A stretch of 64,000 nt of DNA from NCBI GenBank assembly GCA_964016885.1, contig OZ024742.1:226114001-226178000 (forward strand). Direction: 5' to 3'. The position numbers and the translations under genes are program-made. The notes below the pieces were generated by a model. That model was not told where the DNA came from. It ran no database searches and was given only the letters and a program-made list of their open reading frames with translations. The DNA is from Eledone cirrhosa. Taxonomy: Eukaryota. The stretch's first letter is position 1, and each line of letters begins with the position of its first letter. Shown one piece after another: positions 28,459 to 40,800 of this stretch.

Positions 28459-29469
28459 AAGAGAGAATATTTTCCATGATGGTATCAACACACCACCATC
28501 ATCATATAGAATTGTTTGATGCTGAGTAATGGGATAAAGAATCTGTTGTACTACAGCTTAGTAAAGACTACTCCTCCTCTTTCTCTTACTTAATTTAGGA
28601 GTACATGGAAAATAGCTTTAACTATTACCATCCTGCAATGATTTAGCAGATAAACATTGCAAAACAAGTTTGTTAATTCAAATGTCCATAGTATCTTTTA
28701 CTAGTGGACACATTGGAGTGAAAATTTGCAGTATTAGTGTAAAGGATTTAATATCTATTGTGATGCAGCCATATTGCTTGTTTTATATTCTCCAAAAATA
28801 TCATGCCAATGTAGTTTCATGCAATACAAGACATTTAAGAGTTTATATAAGGATGGAGTTTCAACTGGATGCCCTCCCTATTGCTAACCACTTTAGTGTG
28901 TACTGGGTACATTTTATTGTGGAACCAGCACCACCACTTTACAGAGTGTATTGGGTGCATTTTACCATGGCACTACCACTTTACAGAGTACACTGAGTGC
29001 AATAGGTGTATTTTATAATGGCACTCGCATTACAACTTTACAGAGTGTACTGGGTACAGTTTGTGACACCAGCAATAGAGCAATTGTTGGTTAGGTAGGG
29101 AGGTAGATAGACAGATAGATAAAGCTCATTTACATTTCTTGTATAGAGGAGAAAAGGATTTCAAGCAAAAAAATTAAATCTTGTTTTTGTGAGTAATTTT
29201 AATCTAAAGGAAAGAAGAAAAAAAACGAGTTTAACAAGTTAACAACTGGTTACTAATCTCATTCTTTATATATACTATTTACGTCATATCTTTGTAGTAA
29301 TATTTCTAAGGTAAATTTAATGTTATTTTTGTTCCATCACACATCAAAGATGCTGCAGTGAAGGTGATGGTCACTGTATTCATAGACAAATTAAATAAAC
29401 TACCGAAATACTGTGATTATCAGTAAATTATTTTTCAGCTGGTGACATTCAAGACGTTTGGAGGAGCTG

Positions 29470-29660
29470 GGCCACTGAGTTGGCAGCTCCTTACTGAAAT
29501 ATCAGGCAATACTGGTAAGGGTACTTGGCTATTCCAGCGCCTTAGCCTTGCTAACACCCAGTCTTACTGAAGTATCAAGTAATGCTCATGACAGTGCTTC
29601 GCTATTCCAGCGACTCAACTTCACTACTACCTCTGTCCTCTGCTGCCGCAATTTTAAAAC
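29470..29660 (+). mobile_element. Two tandem remnants of the C-terminus of an RLE-type (CRE-like) non-LTR retrotransposon
   Basis: LTEISGNTGKGTWLFQRLSLA and LTEVSSNAHDSASLFQRLNF resemble the FQRLS(I/L)A terminal motif. Confidence 0.5.
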
Positions 29661-31159
29661 ATTTTCAGAGGAAAACATTAGATCCCTTATTACAGTGTGT
29701 AATATAAACACATTTTATAGAATAAATATGATTTATAAAATTTTAAAAAAAATCAATAGAAATTAATCAGACAAAGGAAAAAAAGGAGACAAGACATGCA
29801 CTCAGTTACATACAACAACAGGGAATGTTGGTGTTTCCCTCTTAAAATGTTTGAAGCAAGCCAACTCAAGCATGGCATTGCCACCTGTGAAGGAGGGGCC
29901 TTCAATTACACACTACAACAGGGAATGTTGGTCTTTCCTGATAAAAATGTTGGAGGAAATCAACTCAACAGTATTACGACAGGTAATAATTGTTTCTACT
30001 TTAGGCACAGGGTCAGCAATTTTTTTTTTGGGGGGGGGGGGGGGGGGGTTAAATCGACTCCAGTGCATTACTGATGCTTTATTTTATTGACCCCATAAGG
30101 ATGATGGGCAAAGCTAACCTTGGTGGGATTTGAACTCAGATCATAAAGGGGCGTAACTATATGCTGTAAAGCATATTGACCAACACTCTACCGATATTGC
30201 CAATCTACCACCCTACCACAGGTAATAATTGTTTCTACAATAGGCGCAAGGCCAGCAATTATCCCAGTGTATTACTGGTACTTTATTTTATCGACCCCTG
30301 TTAGGATGAAAGGCAAAGTTAACCTCGACGGGATTTGAACTCAGAATGGCAAGGGCCGTAACTATGCGTCAAAGCATGGCGTCCGACCCTCTACCGATAC
30401 TGCCAATTCACCGCCCTTATTATTTAGTCTCATTATTACCACAGGTAATAATGAGACTAAAGAACTGAAATAGCCAAGCAACCTCCTCAGCATCATCTGA
30501 TATTTCAGTAAGACGGTGATATGAAGGCTAAGGCACTGGAATAGCCTCATGTGTGTAATGGTATTTGTCTTCTCTTGTTATATTTCTTTCTTTGATTTGT
30601 TTAATTGTGTAAATCATATTTATTATATAATTTCTGTTTATAAATACAAAATGTTTTAATAAAATAAAATGTTTTTTTAACAAGTTGTTAGAGTTTAATG
30701 GATTTTATCTGTGTAATATATAATGAAAACCCATGTTATATTTTTAATGAAAGACACTGCCTATGATTTTTAAATTGCTTTTAATATAATCAAGGATTTT
30801 GAGGGATTTAAACTATAATTAATTTTCTCATTATCTATCTGGTGTTTAGAACATAAATGTTCTTAAATAAAATTATGACAGAAACTTTTAAAATAAATAT
30901 AAATATTTAAAAAGTTTTGTATCGTAGAACTAGGGATGGTTTCAACCCCCTTCTAACTTTTTCATTTTTCAGCCCAGTAAAGCAAGAAATAAAAAGAATT
31001 ACAGGCCTCTAGTCTCTGTAGGTCCCTTAGTTTTTAGCCTACCCAGCCTTGTGAATAATAAAGTTTTAACCTTGTAGCAGTATTCAATTCTCAGAGGATG
31101 TATCCCTTTCAAATTTTGTAGCCATAAAATCTTCATATCCATTTATATATATAATTACA

Positions 31160-31688
31160 AAGTGCAGGGCAATAAAGATAGACGGTAGCCACGGAATAGG
31201 CAGACCTAGAAAAACATGGGATGAGCTGATAAACTCCGACCTCACACACTTACACCTCTCCAAGACAATGTCACTGGACCGTGACCTTTGGCGGTACTCA
31301 GTAACAGAGAAGACCCGCCTTGCCAGTAGGCATCTCTAACAAACTACACCCCGTCCCGCCACCACCCCCACCCCATCCACACCACCCCGTTCCATGTAAA
31401 GTTATGTTGGTGCCGCGCCATCCAGGCCGAAACAAACGAGATCGTGTAGGTGTCACGACAAAAAAACACACAGTCCACGCTGTAATGTGGCCGTGTAGGC
31501 AACACGGTAAAAACCTCCCAGACCCACACTGTAAATGTGGTTGGTGTTAGGAAGGGCATCCAACTGTAGAAAACCTGCCAGACAGTCCTATGCGAGCAAG
31601 ACAATCACTCTTGCCTCAAGTGGGACTACCCCCGTCCAAACCCATGCAAGCGTGGAACACGGACGTTAAACGTTGATGATGATGATGA
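31160..31688 (+). mobile_element. RTE 3' end fused to a SINE-type body and (GAT)n tail
   Basis: GRPRKTWDELI...DRDLWR, then a C-rich tract, the gttaggaagggcatcc core and the cccatgcaagcgtgga...gatgatg tail. Same layout at 51957-52486. Confidence 0.8.
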
Positions 31689-31814
31689 ATTGTTTCTTCT
31701 TTTGGCACAAAGCCAGGAATTACCCCAGTGCATTACTGGTACTTTATATTATCAAAGTTAATATGTGTGTGTGTGTGTGTGTATTGAACAATGAAAATAA
31801 AACAAAAGTCAAAG

Positions 31815-32433
31815 ACAGCTATGGTACGACCACACTTGGAATTCGCATCATCAGTCTGGAACCCCTATCTTGCTCAGAACATTGACAGCCTGGAAACTGT
31901 TCAGAGACGTGCAACCAAGCGCATACCCTCCATCAGACACCTATCATACTCTGAACGCCTTGCTTCCCTGGGCATGGATTCATTGAAGCTCCGACGTCTG
32001 GCAACTGACTTGGTAAATACCCACAAAGTTATTAACCATCTTGCCAACAACAACCCTGAGTACCTTTTTGATCTCCCTGTGTCTAACACACATGGACATG
32101 CCTACAAAATCAGAAAACAGCACAGCTCCCATGACTTTCGTAGACATTTTTTCACGCTCAGAGTTGCTGAAGCATGGAACAAACTGCCTGCGTCAGTTGT
32201 TAGCTGCCGAGACACTGCATCCTTTAAGACACTCATGCTTCCCAAAATATGCCAAAACTACACCTGATGTACCCCTTCCATACACATGCACACATGTGTA
32301 TATCATGACTCATGCACTGTTCATTTTCCTGACGCTTGTACATTACCCTATGTTCTATACATACACTTTTTGATGAGTTGTAGTGCACCTGAACACTGTA
32401 CACAATATTTCAATATTTCATATTTCATTTCAT
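31815..32433 (+). mobile_element. 5'-truncated CR1-clade LINE (ORF2 C-terminus and 3' UTR)
   Basis: VRPHLEFASSVWNP...VQRRATK...LSYSERL...RRLATDL...FFTLRVAEAWNKLP, followed by a (catt/atttc)n tail. Confidence 0.9.
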
Positions 32434-32884
32434 TTAATTAGTTCATGGTTTTACAATCATTTCAGAGGATTGATTGATCATGGTAAATCGATATATTGAG
32501 TGATAGATAGTGGTTATGTAACCACCGATATCTAGTCTCGATATCCTAGATCCACCTCAATGTCTTCTTCAGAAACAATGAGCTATGATTTTTATTTGTG
32601 ATATAGACAAGGAGGCTGAAAAGGGACAGTCGCATATTCCCCACCAGGAAAATTAGATAAATAAAGACGGATACATAAATCAAAGCTACAAAAATAAAAG
32701 TAGAAAGCAAAAAGACATTTTTTTCTAAATACTCTACTCCTTTTTTCTAATAATCTTTCTACATCCATTTCTTTATCATCATTTTATGCATCCATCTTCA
32801 TTTATTTATTTTACCTGATTGGAGTTATATGACTGGCCCATTTCAGCCTCCTTATATATATATCACAAATAAAAATCATAGTTC

Positions 32885-33008
32885 ATTGTTTCTGAGGAGG
32901 ACGGTGAGACTAGGATATAGAGACTAGATACCGGTGGTGACATAACCTATTAGTCAATATATCGATTTACCATGATCAATCAAACCTCTGAAACAATCGT
33001 AACACAAT
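32885..33008 (+). ncRNA. Type I hammerhead with ~90-nt extended loop II
   Basis: attgttt-CTGAGGA-gga...tct-GAAA-caatcg-TA-acacaat. The core is intact, stem I is 6/7, and stem III is a decayed ACGATCGT palindrome. Confidence 0.55.
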
Positions 33009-33368
33009 TAACTAATTAAGAACCTATCTTCAACTTTTGTTTTATTTTCATTGTTCAGTACACACATATATATATAAATGACTCTGTAGCTCGAGTAGAA
33101 TCTTTGATGGAACCTTATGTGATGAGAGCCTACTTCAAAAACTATAGCTCTCACTACATGACCTCGTTGAAATCATCTCTTCAAGATTACATTGAGTTCT
33201 AACAATGATATCGGCCACACCATAAACAGGTGGATACCAGTATATATGTGTGTGTGTTTGTGTGTGTGTGCGTGTGCATGCGCAAAAAGTAAATGGAAAC
33301 AACAAAGTAAACAATATAGTACAATAATGAAATATATTAGTTTAACACTTGATATAGTAGAAAAAGAA

Positions 33369-33403
33369 CCTTAATGTATCGGACACTAGTCCTTCATCAG
33401 AAG
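33369..33403 (-). ncRNA. Minimal hammerhead relic (Penelope-type)
   Basis: ctt-CTGATGA-a-GGAC tagt GTCC-GATA-CATTA-agg. Confidence 0.55.
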
Positions 33404-34459
33404 ATGGAATGAGAAATAAAAGATGAAATAGAAAGAGAGTGAGAACAGGAAAAAATGTTTTGGAAAAAAAATGTGTACAATCAGCCATTTTGGGGAAATG
33501 CTTGTGAGTGGGTGTATTAGATATTAGAGAGGTTTTGACAGAAAGATAATACTTTTATATATTGAGTGTTTGCATGTGTGTGTTGGTTTGTTCATTTGTC
33601 TATGCAAAGCTGTGAATGGATGTGCATTAGACCGTAAAAGAGTTGGCTGCTAAGAGAGTGAAAAGGTGTGTGCGTAGGTGCATCAGCAGATCAATACAGA
33701 GAGGTATACTTTATGTATATGAACTTCTACATACACATACACACACACATGGAAACAGTCACAAAGGCTTGCCGAGAAAGAGAGGCGGTACAGAATATGA
33801 TTGCAGCCTTGTCTCATTTCGTGGTATGGCCTTAAGAGAAACTGCTTGGCTTCAGATATGACAATATGGCTGTACAACCACAAATGGCTAAACTATGAAG
33901 TGTGGAGTCACTGCGTGCAGGAAGGGAGATAGATCCAGGACGTGGTGGGAGGAGGAGTAAACGTTGGGAGACATACGACACTGATAGTACCGGCACTGGG
34001 TGCCACGTGATCACAGCCACGCATGCAGAAATACTAGTACACATGCACCCTCAAGCAAAAGGCATGGAGCGAAGTATGTCGGTGGTGTAATGCCTGAAGG
34101 CATGTATATGCGTACTCGTGTAGGTGTGCACATAGAAGTGCATGCATCTAAATGTTTAAGGGGAGTGGAAATGAAAGTAGTGGTGTAATAATAACCATGG
34201 AGGAAGATGAATGCAAATATGATGCAACCATATGTGCGTGTATGCATCTTGTGTACATGGAAGGCAACATCATGCATAGTGGGACCGATGAGGTGGGTAT
34301 GCATGTTTGAGTAGGAATTTGAGAGATGTGTGCTAAAGGCTATATGTGTGAATGTGGGTATGTATTTATATGGTCGCTGGAGTTGTGTGTCATCATCATC
34401 ATCACCGTTTTACGTCCATTCTTCAATGCTAGCATGGGTTAGACATGTGCATGTATATA

Positions 34460-34632
34460 TGAAAGTGGGCTGAAAAATTCATAGGCTGAATATGAAGGAG
34501 TGATGCTAGTTCTGTGAAATCTTGCATGCATTAATTTCAACTCTCCTTATTAATAACGGCATTCCTTCTTTCCAGGAACTATGTTAAAAAAAAGTATCTT
34601 GGTCAGCCTATGAACTTTTCAGCCGTTCCTCG
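34460..34632 (+). mobile_element. Mariner MITE, a deletion derivative of the 58468-59762 family
   Basis: TA flanks, TIRs of the ...gctgaaaa(a/g)ttcataggctga type. The first ~115 bp match the reverse complement of 59640-59762. Confidence 0.85.
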
Positions 34633-34715
34633 TATATATATATATGTATATATATACTCTTTTACTCTTTTACCTGTTTCAGTCATCCGGCTGAGGCCAT
34701 GCTGGGGCACATATA

Positions 34716-35030
34716 TATTAATTCAAAATATTAACAAAATAGATATTCTTGTGATCAAGTATATTTTATTATACATATTTCCGAGGTACTGAGTTAACTT
34801 CAACAGTACGTCCTCATCAGATGATGTATGACATACCCTGACATAATAGATGGTTAAGATTCAGTCATGGTAGTACTGTTGAAGTTAACTCAGTACCTCT
34901 GAAATATGTATAATAAAATATACTTGATCACAAGAATATCTATTTTGTTAATATATATATGTGTGTGTGTGCGTGTGCGTGTGTGAATCGGTTAGAATAT
35001 CTATTTTGTTAATATTTTGAATTAATATTA
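34716..35030. mobile_element. Fold-back element with a hammerhead relic (34778-34820, minus)
   Basis: ~80-bp arms at 34728-34809 and 34873-34953. The minus strand reads CTGATGA-GGAcGTACTG...CAGTACcTCG-GAAA. Confidence 0.7.
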
Positions 35031-35120
35031 ATAACTCCCGAAAACCAAACTGTTGAGTGCTTCCAATCTATTGTAAAACTCATTCTTTGATTTATTCATT
35101 GAACCTTGTTTAACCTTTAA

Positions 35121-35160
<40 letters not shown>

Positions 35161-35559
35161 TCTTCTACAGTGCTGGTGCCACAACAAAAAGCACCCAGTT
35201 CACCCTCTAATGTGGTTGGTGTTAAGAACGGCATCCAGCCGTAGAAAACTAAGCCAAAAACTGTACGTACGTGCAAAATGTGGTCAGCTGACCTGTCTAA
35301 CCCATGCAAGCATGGGAAATAAACGTTAAATGGTAATATATATATATGTGTGTGTGTGTGTATGTGTATGTGTGTGTGTGTTTGTGTGTGAGTGAATCGG
35401 TTAGATATTAGATTAGGCTAAGAAAAAAATGAGAGGTCACGTGTCGATAATTTTGAATCGTCTGTGATTGTGAGGGGAGGAGACAAGCAATGAAACTGAG
35501 AGGGGGAGGAGAAATACCAATTGAGGTGGGGAAAAGAGATATAAAAAGGAGGAGGTAGG

Positions 35560-37604
35560 GTAAAAGCTATATAGTTTGTAATGCTGACTGTGAGGGTAGG
35601 AGAGAAAGATATAGATAAGAAAGGGAGGTAGGGTAAAAGCTGTATAGATCGTAATAATGACTGAGAGAGGGGTAGTGAGATAAAGACAGTGAGTGAAGAG
35701 GGGGTAAACTATATAGATTTGTAATAACGACTGAGATAGCGAGAGAGGGAGGTAAGGTAAACACTACAAAGATCGTAATACCGACTGTGAGAGAGAGAGA
35801 GAGAGAGCAGTAAGAGGAGGTGGTAAGATAAAAACTACATAGATCGCAATACTGACTGAAAGAGAGAGAAAGAGGGATGGTAAAGTAAAAACTACATAGA
35901 TCGTAATACCAACTGAGAAAAAGGGGGAGTAAAAGGGGAGGTAAGGTAAAACTACATAGATCGTAATACCAACTGAGAGAAAGGGGGAGTATAAGGGGAG
36001 GTAAGGTAAAAACTACATAGATCGTAATACCAACTGAGAGAAAGGGGGAGTAAAAGGGGAGGTAAGGTAAAAACTACATAGATCGTAATACCGACTGAGA
36101 GAGAAAGGGGGAGTAAAAGGGGAGGTAAGGTAAAAACTACATAGATCGTAATACCAACTGAGAGAAAGGGGGAGTAAAAGGGGAGGTAAGGTAAAAACTA
36201 CATATATCGTAATACCAACTGAGAGAAAGGGGGAGTAAAAGGGGAGGTAAGGTAAAAACTACATAGATCGTAATACCAACTGAGAGAAAGGGGGAGTAAA
36301 AGGGGAGGTAAGGTAAAAACTACATAGATCGTAATACCAACTGAGAGAAAGGGGGAGTAAAATGGGAGGTAAGGTAAAAACTACATAGATCGTAATACCA
36401 ACTGAGAGAAAGGGGGAGTAAAAGGGGAGGTAAGGTAAAAACTACATAGATCGTAATACCGACTGAGAGAGAAAGGGGGAGTAAAAGGGGAGGTAAGGTA
36501 AAAATTACATAGATCGTAATACCAACTGAGAGAAAGGGGGAGTAAAAGGGGAGGTAAGGTAAAAACTACATAGATCGTAATACCAACTGAGAGAAAGGGG
36601 GAGTAAAAGGGGAGGTAAGGTAAAAACTACATAGATCGTAATACCAACTGAGAGAAAGGGGGAGTAAAAGGGGAGGTAAGGTAAAAACTACATAGATCGT
36701 AATACCGACTGAGAGAGAAAGGAGGAGTAAAAGGGGAGGTAAGGTAAAAAGTACATAGATCGTAATACCGACTGAGAGAGAAAGGGGGAGTAAAAGAGGG
36801 ATGGTAAAGTAAAAACTACATAGATCGTAATACCAACTGAGAAAAAGGGGGAGTAAAAGGGGAGGTAAGGTAAAAACTACATAGATCGTAATACCAACTG
36901 AGAGAAAGGGGGAGTAAAAGGGGAGGTAAGGTAAAAACTACATAGATCGTAATACCAACTGAGAGAAAGGGGGAGTAAAAGGGGAGGTAAGGTAAAAACT
37001 ACATAGATCGTAATACCAACTGAGAGAAAGGGGGAGTAAAAGGGGAGGTAAGGTAAAAACTACATAGATCGTAATACCAACTGAGAGAAAGGGGGAGTAA
37101 AAGGGGAGGTAAGGTAAAAACTACATAGATCGTAATACCAACTGAGAGAGAGAGAAAGAGAGGGAAGGTAAGGTAAAGACTACATAGATCGTAATACCAA
37201 CTGAGAGAGAGAGAAAGAGAGGGAAGGTAAAGTAAAGACTACATAGATCGTAATACCAACTGAGAGAGAGAGAGAGGGGGAAGGTAAGGTAAAGACTACA
37301 TAGATCGTAATACCGACTGAGAGAGAGAGAGAGAGAGAGAGAGAAGGTAAAAACTACATAGATCGTAATACCAACTGAGAGAGAGAGAGAGAGAGAGAGA
37401 GGGAAGGTAAGGTAAAAACTACATAGATTGTAATACCAACTGAGAGAGAGAGAGAGAGAGAGGGAAGGTAAGGTAAAAACTACATAGATCGTAATACCAA
37501 CTGAGAGAGAGAGAGAGAGAGAGAGAAGGTAAAAACTACATAGATCGTAATACCAACTGAGAGAGAGAGAGAGAGAAGGTAAAAACTACATAGATCGTAA
37601 TACC

Positions 37605-37644
<40 letters not shown>

Positions 37645-37668
37645 AAAAACTACATAGATTGTAATACC

Positions 37669-37714
<46 letters not shown>

Positions 37715-38932
37715 AAAAACTACATAGATCGTAATACCAACTGAGAGAAAGGGGGAGTAAAAGGGGAGGTAAGGTAAAAACTACATAGATCGTAATACCA
37801 ACTGAGAGAGAGAGAGAGAGAGAGGGAAGGTAAGGTAAAAACTACATAGATCGTAATACCAACTGAGAGAGAGAGAGAGAGGGAAGGTAAGGTAAAAACT
37901 ACATAGATCGTAATACCAACTGAGAGAGAGAAAGAGAGGGAAGGTAAGGTAAAGACTACATAGATCGTAATACCAACTGAGAGAGAGAGAGAGAGGGAAG
38001 GTAAGGTAAAGACTACATAGATTGTAATACCAACTGAGAGAGAGAGAGAGGGAAGGTAAGGTAAAAACTACATAGATCGTAATACCAACTGAGAGAGAGA
38101 GAGAGAGGGAAGGTAAGGTAAAGACTACATAGATTGTAATACCAACTGAGAGAGAGAGAGAGGGAAGGTAAGGTAAAAACTACATAGATCGTAATACCAA
38201 CTGAGAGAGAGAGAGAGAGAGGGAAGGTAAGGTAAAGACTACATAGATTGTAATACCAACTGAGAGAGAGAGAGAGGGAAGGTAAGGCAAAAACTACATA
38301 GATCGTAATACCAACTGAGAGAGAGAAAGAGAGGGAAGGTAAGGTAAAGACTACATAGATCGTAATACCAACTGAGAGAGAGAGAGAGAGGGAAGGTAAG
38401 GTAAAGACTACATAGATTGTAATACCAACTGAGAGAGAGAGAGAGGGAAGGTAAGGTAAAAACTACATAGATCGTAATACCAACTGAGAGAGAGAGAGAG
38501 AGGGAGGGAAGGTAAGGTAAAGACTACATAGATTGTAATACCAACTGAGATAGAGAGAGAGGGAAGGTAAGGTAAAAACTACATAGATCGTAATACCAAC
38601 TGAGAGAGAGAGAGAGAGGGAAGGTATGATAAAGACTAATTAGATCGTAATACCAACTGAGAGAGAAAGAGAGAAGGTAAGGTAAAGACTACATAGATCG
38701 TAATACCAACTGAGAGAGAGAGAAAGAGGGAAGGTAAGGTAAAGACTACATAGATCGTAATACCGACTGAGAGAGAGAGAGAGAGGGAAGGTAAGGTAAA
38801 GACTACATAGATCGTAATACCAACTGAGAGAGAAAGAGAGAAGGTAAGGTAAAGACTACATAGATCGTAATACCAACTGAGAGAGAGAGAAAGAGGGAAG
38901 GTAAGGTAAAGACTACATAGATCGTAATACCG

Positions 38933-38985
<53 letters not shown>

Positions 38986-40800
38986 GAGAAGGTAAAGACT
39001 ACATAGATCGTAATACCAACTGAGAGAGAGAGAGAGAGGGAAGGTAAGGTAAAAACTACATAGATCATAATACCGACTGAGAGAGAGAGAGAGAGAGAAG
39101 GTAAAGACTACATAGATCGTAATACCAACTGAGAGAGAGAGAGAGAGGGAAGGTAAGGTAAAGACTACATAGATCGTAATACCAACTGAGAGAGAAAGAG
39201 AGGGATGGTAAGGTAAAAACTACATAGATTGTAATACCGACTGAGAGAGAGAGAGAGGGAAGGTAAGGTAAAGACTACATAGATTGTAATACCAACTGAG
39301 AGAGAGAGAGGGAAGGTAAGGTAAAGACTACATAGATTGTAATACCAACTGAGAGAGAGAGAGAGGGAAGGTAAGGTAAAGACTACATAGATTGTAATAC
39401 CAACTGAGAGAGAGAAAGAGGGAAGGTAAGGTAAAAACTACATAGATCGTAATACCAACTGAGAGAGAGAGAGAGAGGGAAGGTAAGGTAAAAACTACAT
39501 AGATCGTAATACCAACTGAGAGAGAGAAAGAGAGAAGGTAAGGTAAAAACTACATAGATCGTAATACCAACTGAGAGAGAAAGAGAGGGAAGGTATGGTA
39601 AAAACTACATAGATCGTAATACCAACTGAGAGAGAGAGAGAGGGGGAAGGTAAGGTAAACACTACATAGATCGTAATACCAACTGAGAGAGAGAAAGAGA
39701 GGGAAGGTAAGGTAAAAACTACATAGATCGTAATACCGACTGAGAGAGAAAGAGAGGGAAGGTAAGGTAAAAACTACATAGATCGTAATACCGACTGAGA
39801 GAGAAAGAGAGGGAAGGTAAGGTAAAAACTACATAGATCGTAATACCGACTGAGAGAGAAAGAGAGGGAAGGTAAGGTAAAAACTACATAGATCGTAATA
39901 CCAACTGAGAGAGAAAGAGAGGGAAGGTAAGGTAAAAACTACATAGATCGTAATACCGACTGAGAGAGAAAGAGAGGGAAGGTAAGGTAAAAACTACATA
40001 GATCGTAATACCAACTGAGAGAGAGAAAGAGAGGGAAGGTAAGGTAAAAACTACATAGATCGTAATACCGACTGAGAGAGAAAGAGAGGGAAGGTAAGGT
40101 AAAAACTACATAGATCGTAATACCGACTGAGAGAGAGAGAGAGAGAGAGGGAAGGTAAGGTAAAAACTACATAGATCGTAATACCAACTGAGAGAGAGAG
40201 AGAGAGAGAGGGAAGGTAAGGTAAAAACTACATAGATCGTAATACCAACTGAGAGAGAGAAAGAGAGGGAAGGTAAGGTAAAGACTACATAGATCGTAAT
40301 ACCGACTGAGAGAGAAAGAGAGGGAAGGTAAGGTAAAAACTACATAGATCGTAATACCGACTGAGAGAGAAAGAGAGGGAAGGTAAGGTAAAAACTACAT
40401 AGATCGTAATACCAACTGAGAGAGAAAGAGAGGGAAGGTAAGGTAAAAACTACATAGATCGTAATACCGACTGAGAGAGAAAGAGAGGGAAGGTAAGGTA
40501 AAAACTACATAGATTGTAATACCAACTGAGAGAGAGAAAGAGAGAAGGTAAGGTAAAAACTACATAGATTGTAATACCAACTGAGAGAGAGAAAGAGGGA
40601 AGGTAAGGTAAAAACTACATAGATTGTAATACCAACTGAGAGAGAGAAAGAGGGAAGGTAAGGTAAAAACTACATAGATCGTAATACCGACTGAGAGAGA
40701 AAGAGAGAAGGTAAGGTAAAGACTACATAGATCGTAATACCAACTGAGAGAGGGAGAGGTAAGGCAATAAATAGCTCTATAGATCTGTACCAGTGACTGA
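35560..40800. repeat. Purine-rich satellite: ~61-bp units (35880-37140), then variable (GA)n-containing units; ~90 units in total
   Basis: The constant core ggtaaggtaaa(a/g)actacatagatcgtaatacc(a/g)actgaga repeats throughout, with degenerate units at both edges. Confidence 0.95.

Larger units (their letters stand above)
31779..33063. mobile_element. Fold-back hammerhead element whose left arm is interrupted by a CR1 fragment
   Basis: 31779-31820 plus 32434-32605 is an imperfect reverse complement of 32860-33063. Confidence 0.75.

Noticed and set aside
35880-40760. CRISPR-like look (constant ~35-bp core with variable spacers)
   Set aside because: The spacers are only (GA)n length variants, there are no cas genes, and the context is eukaryotic.
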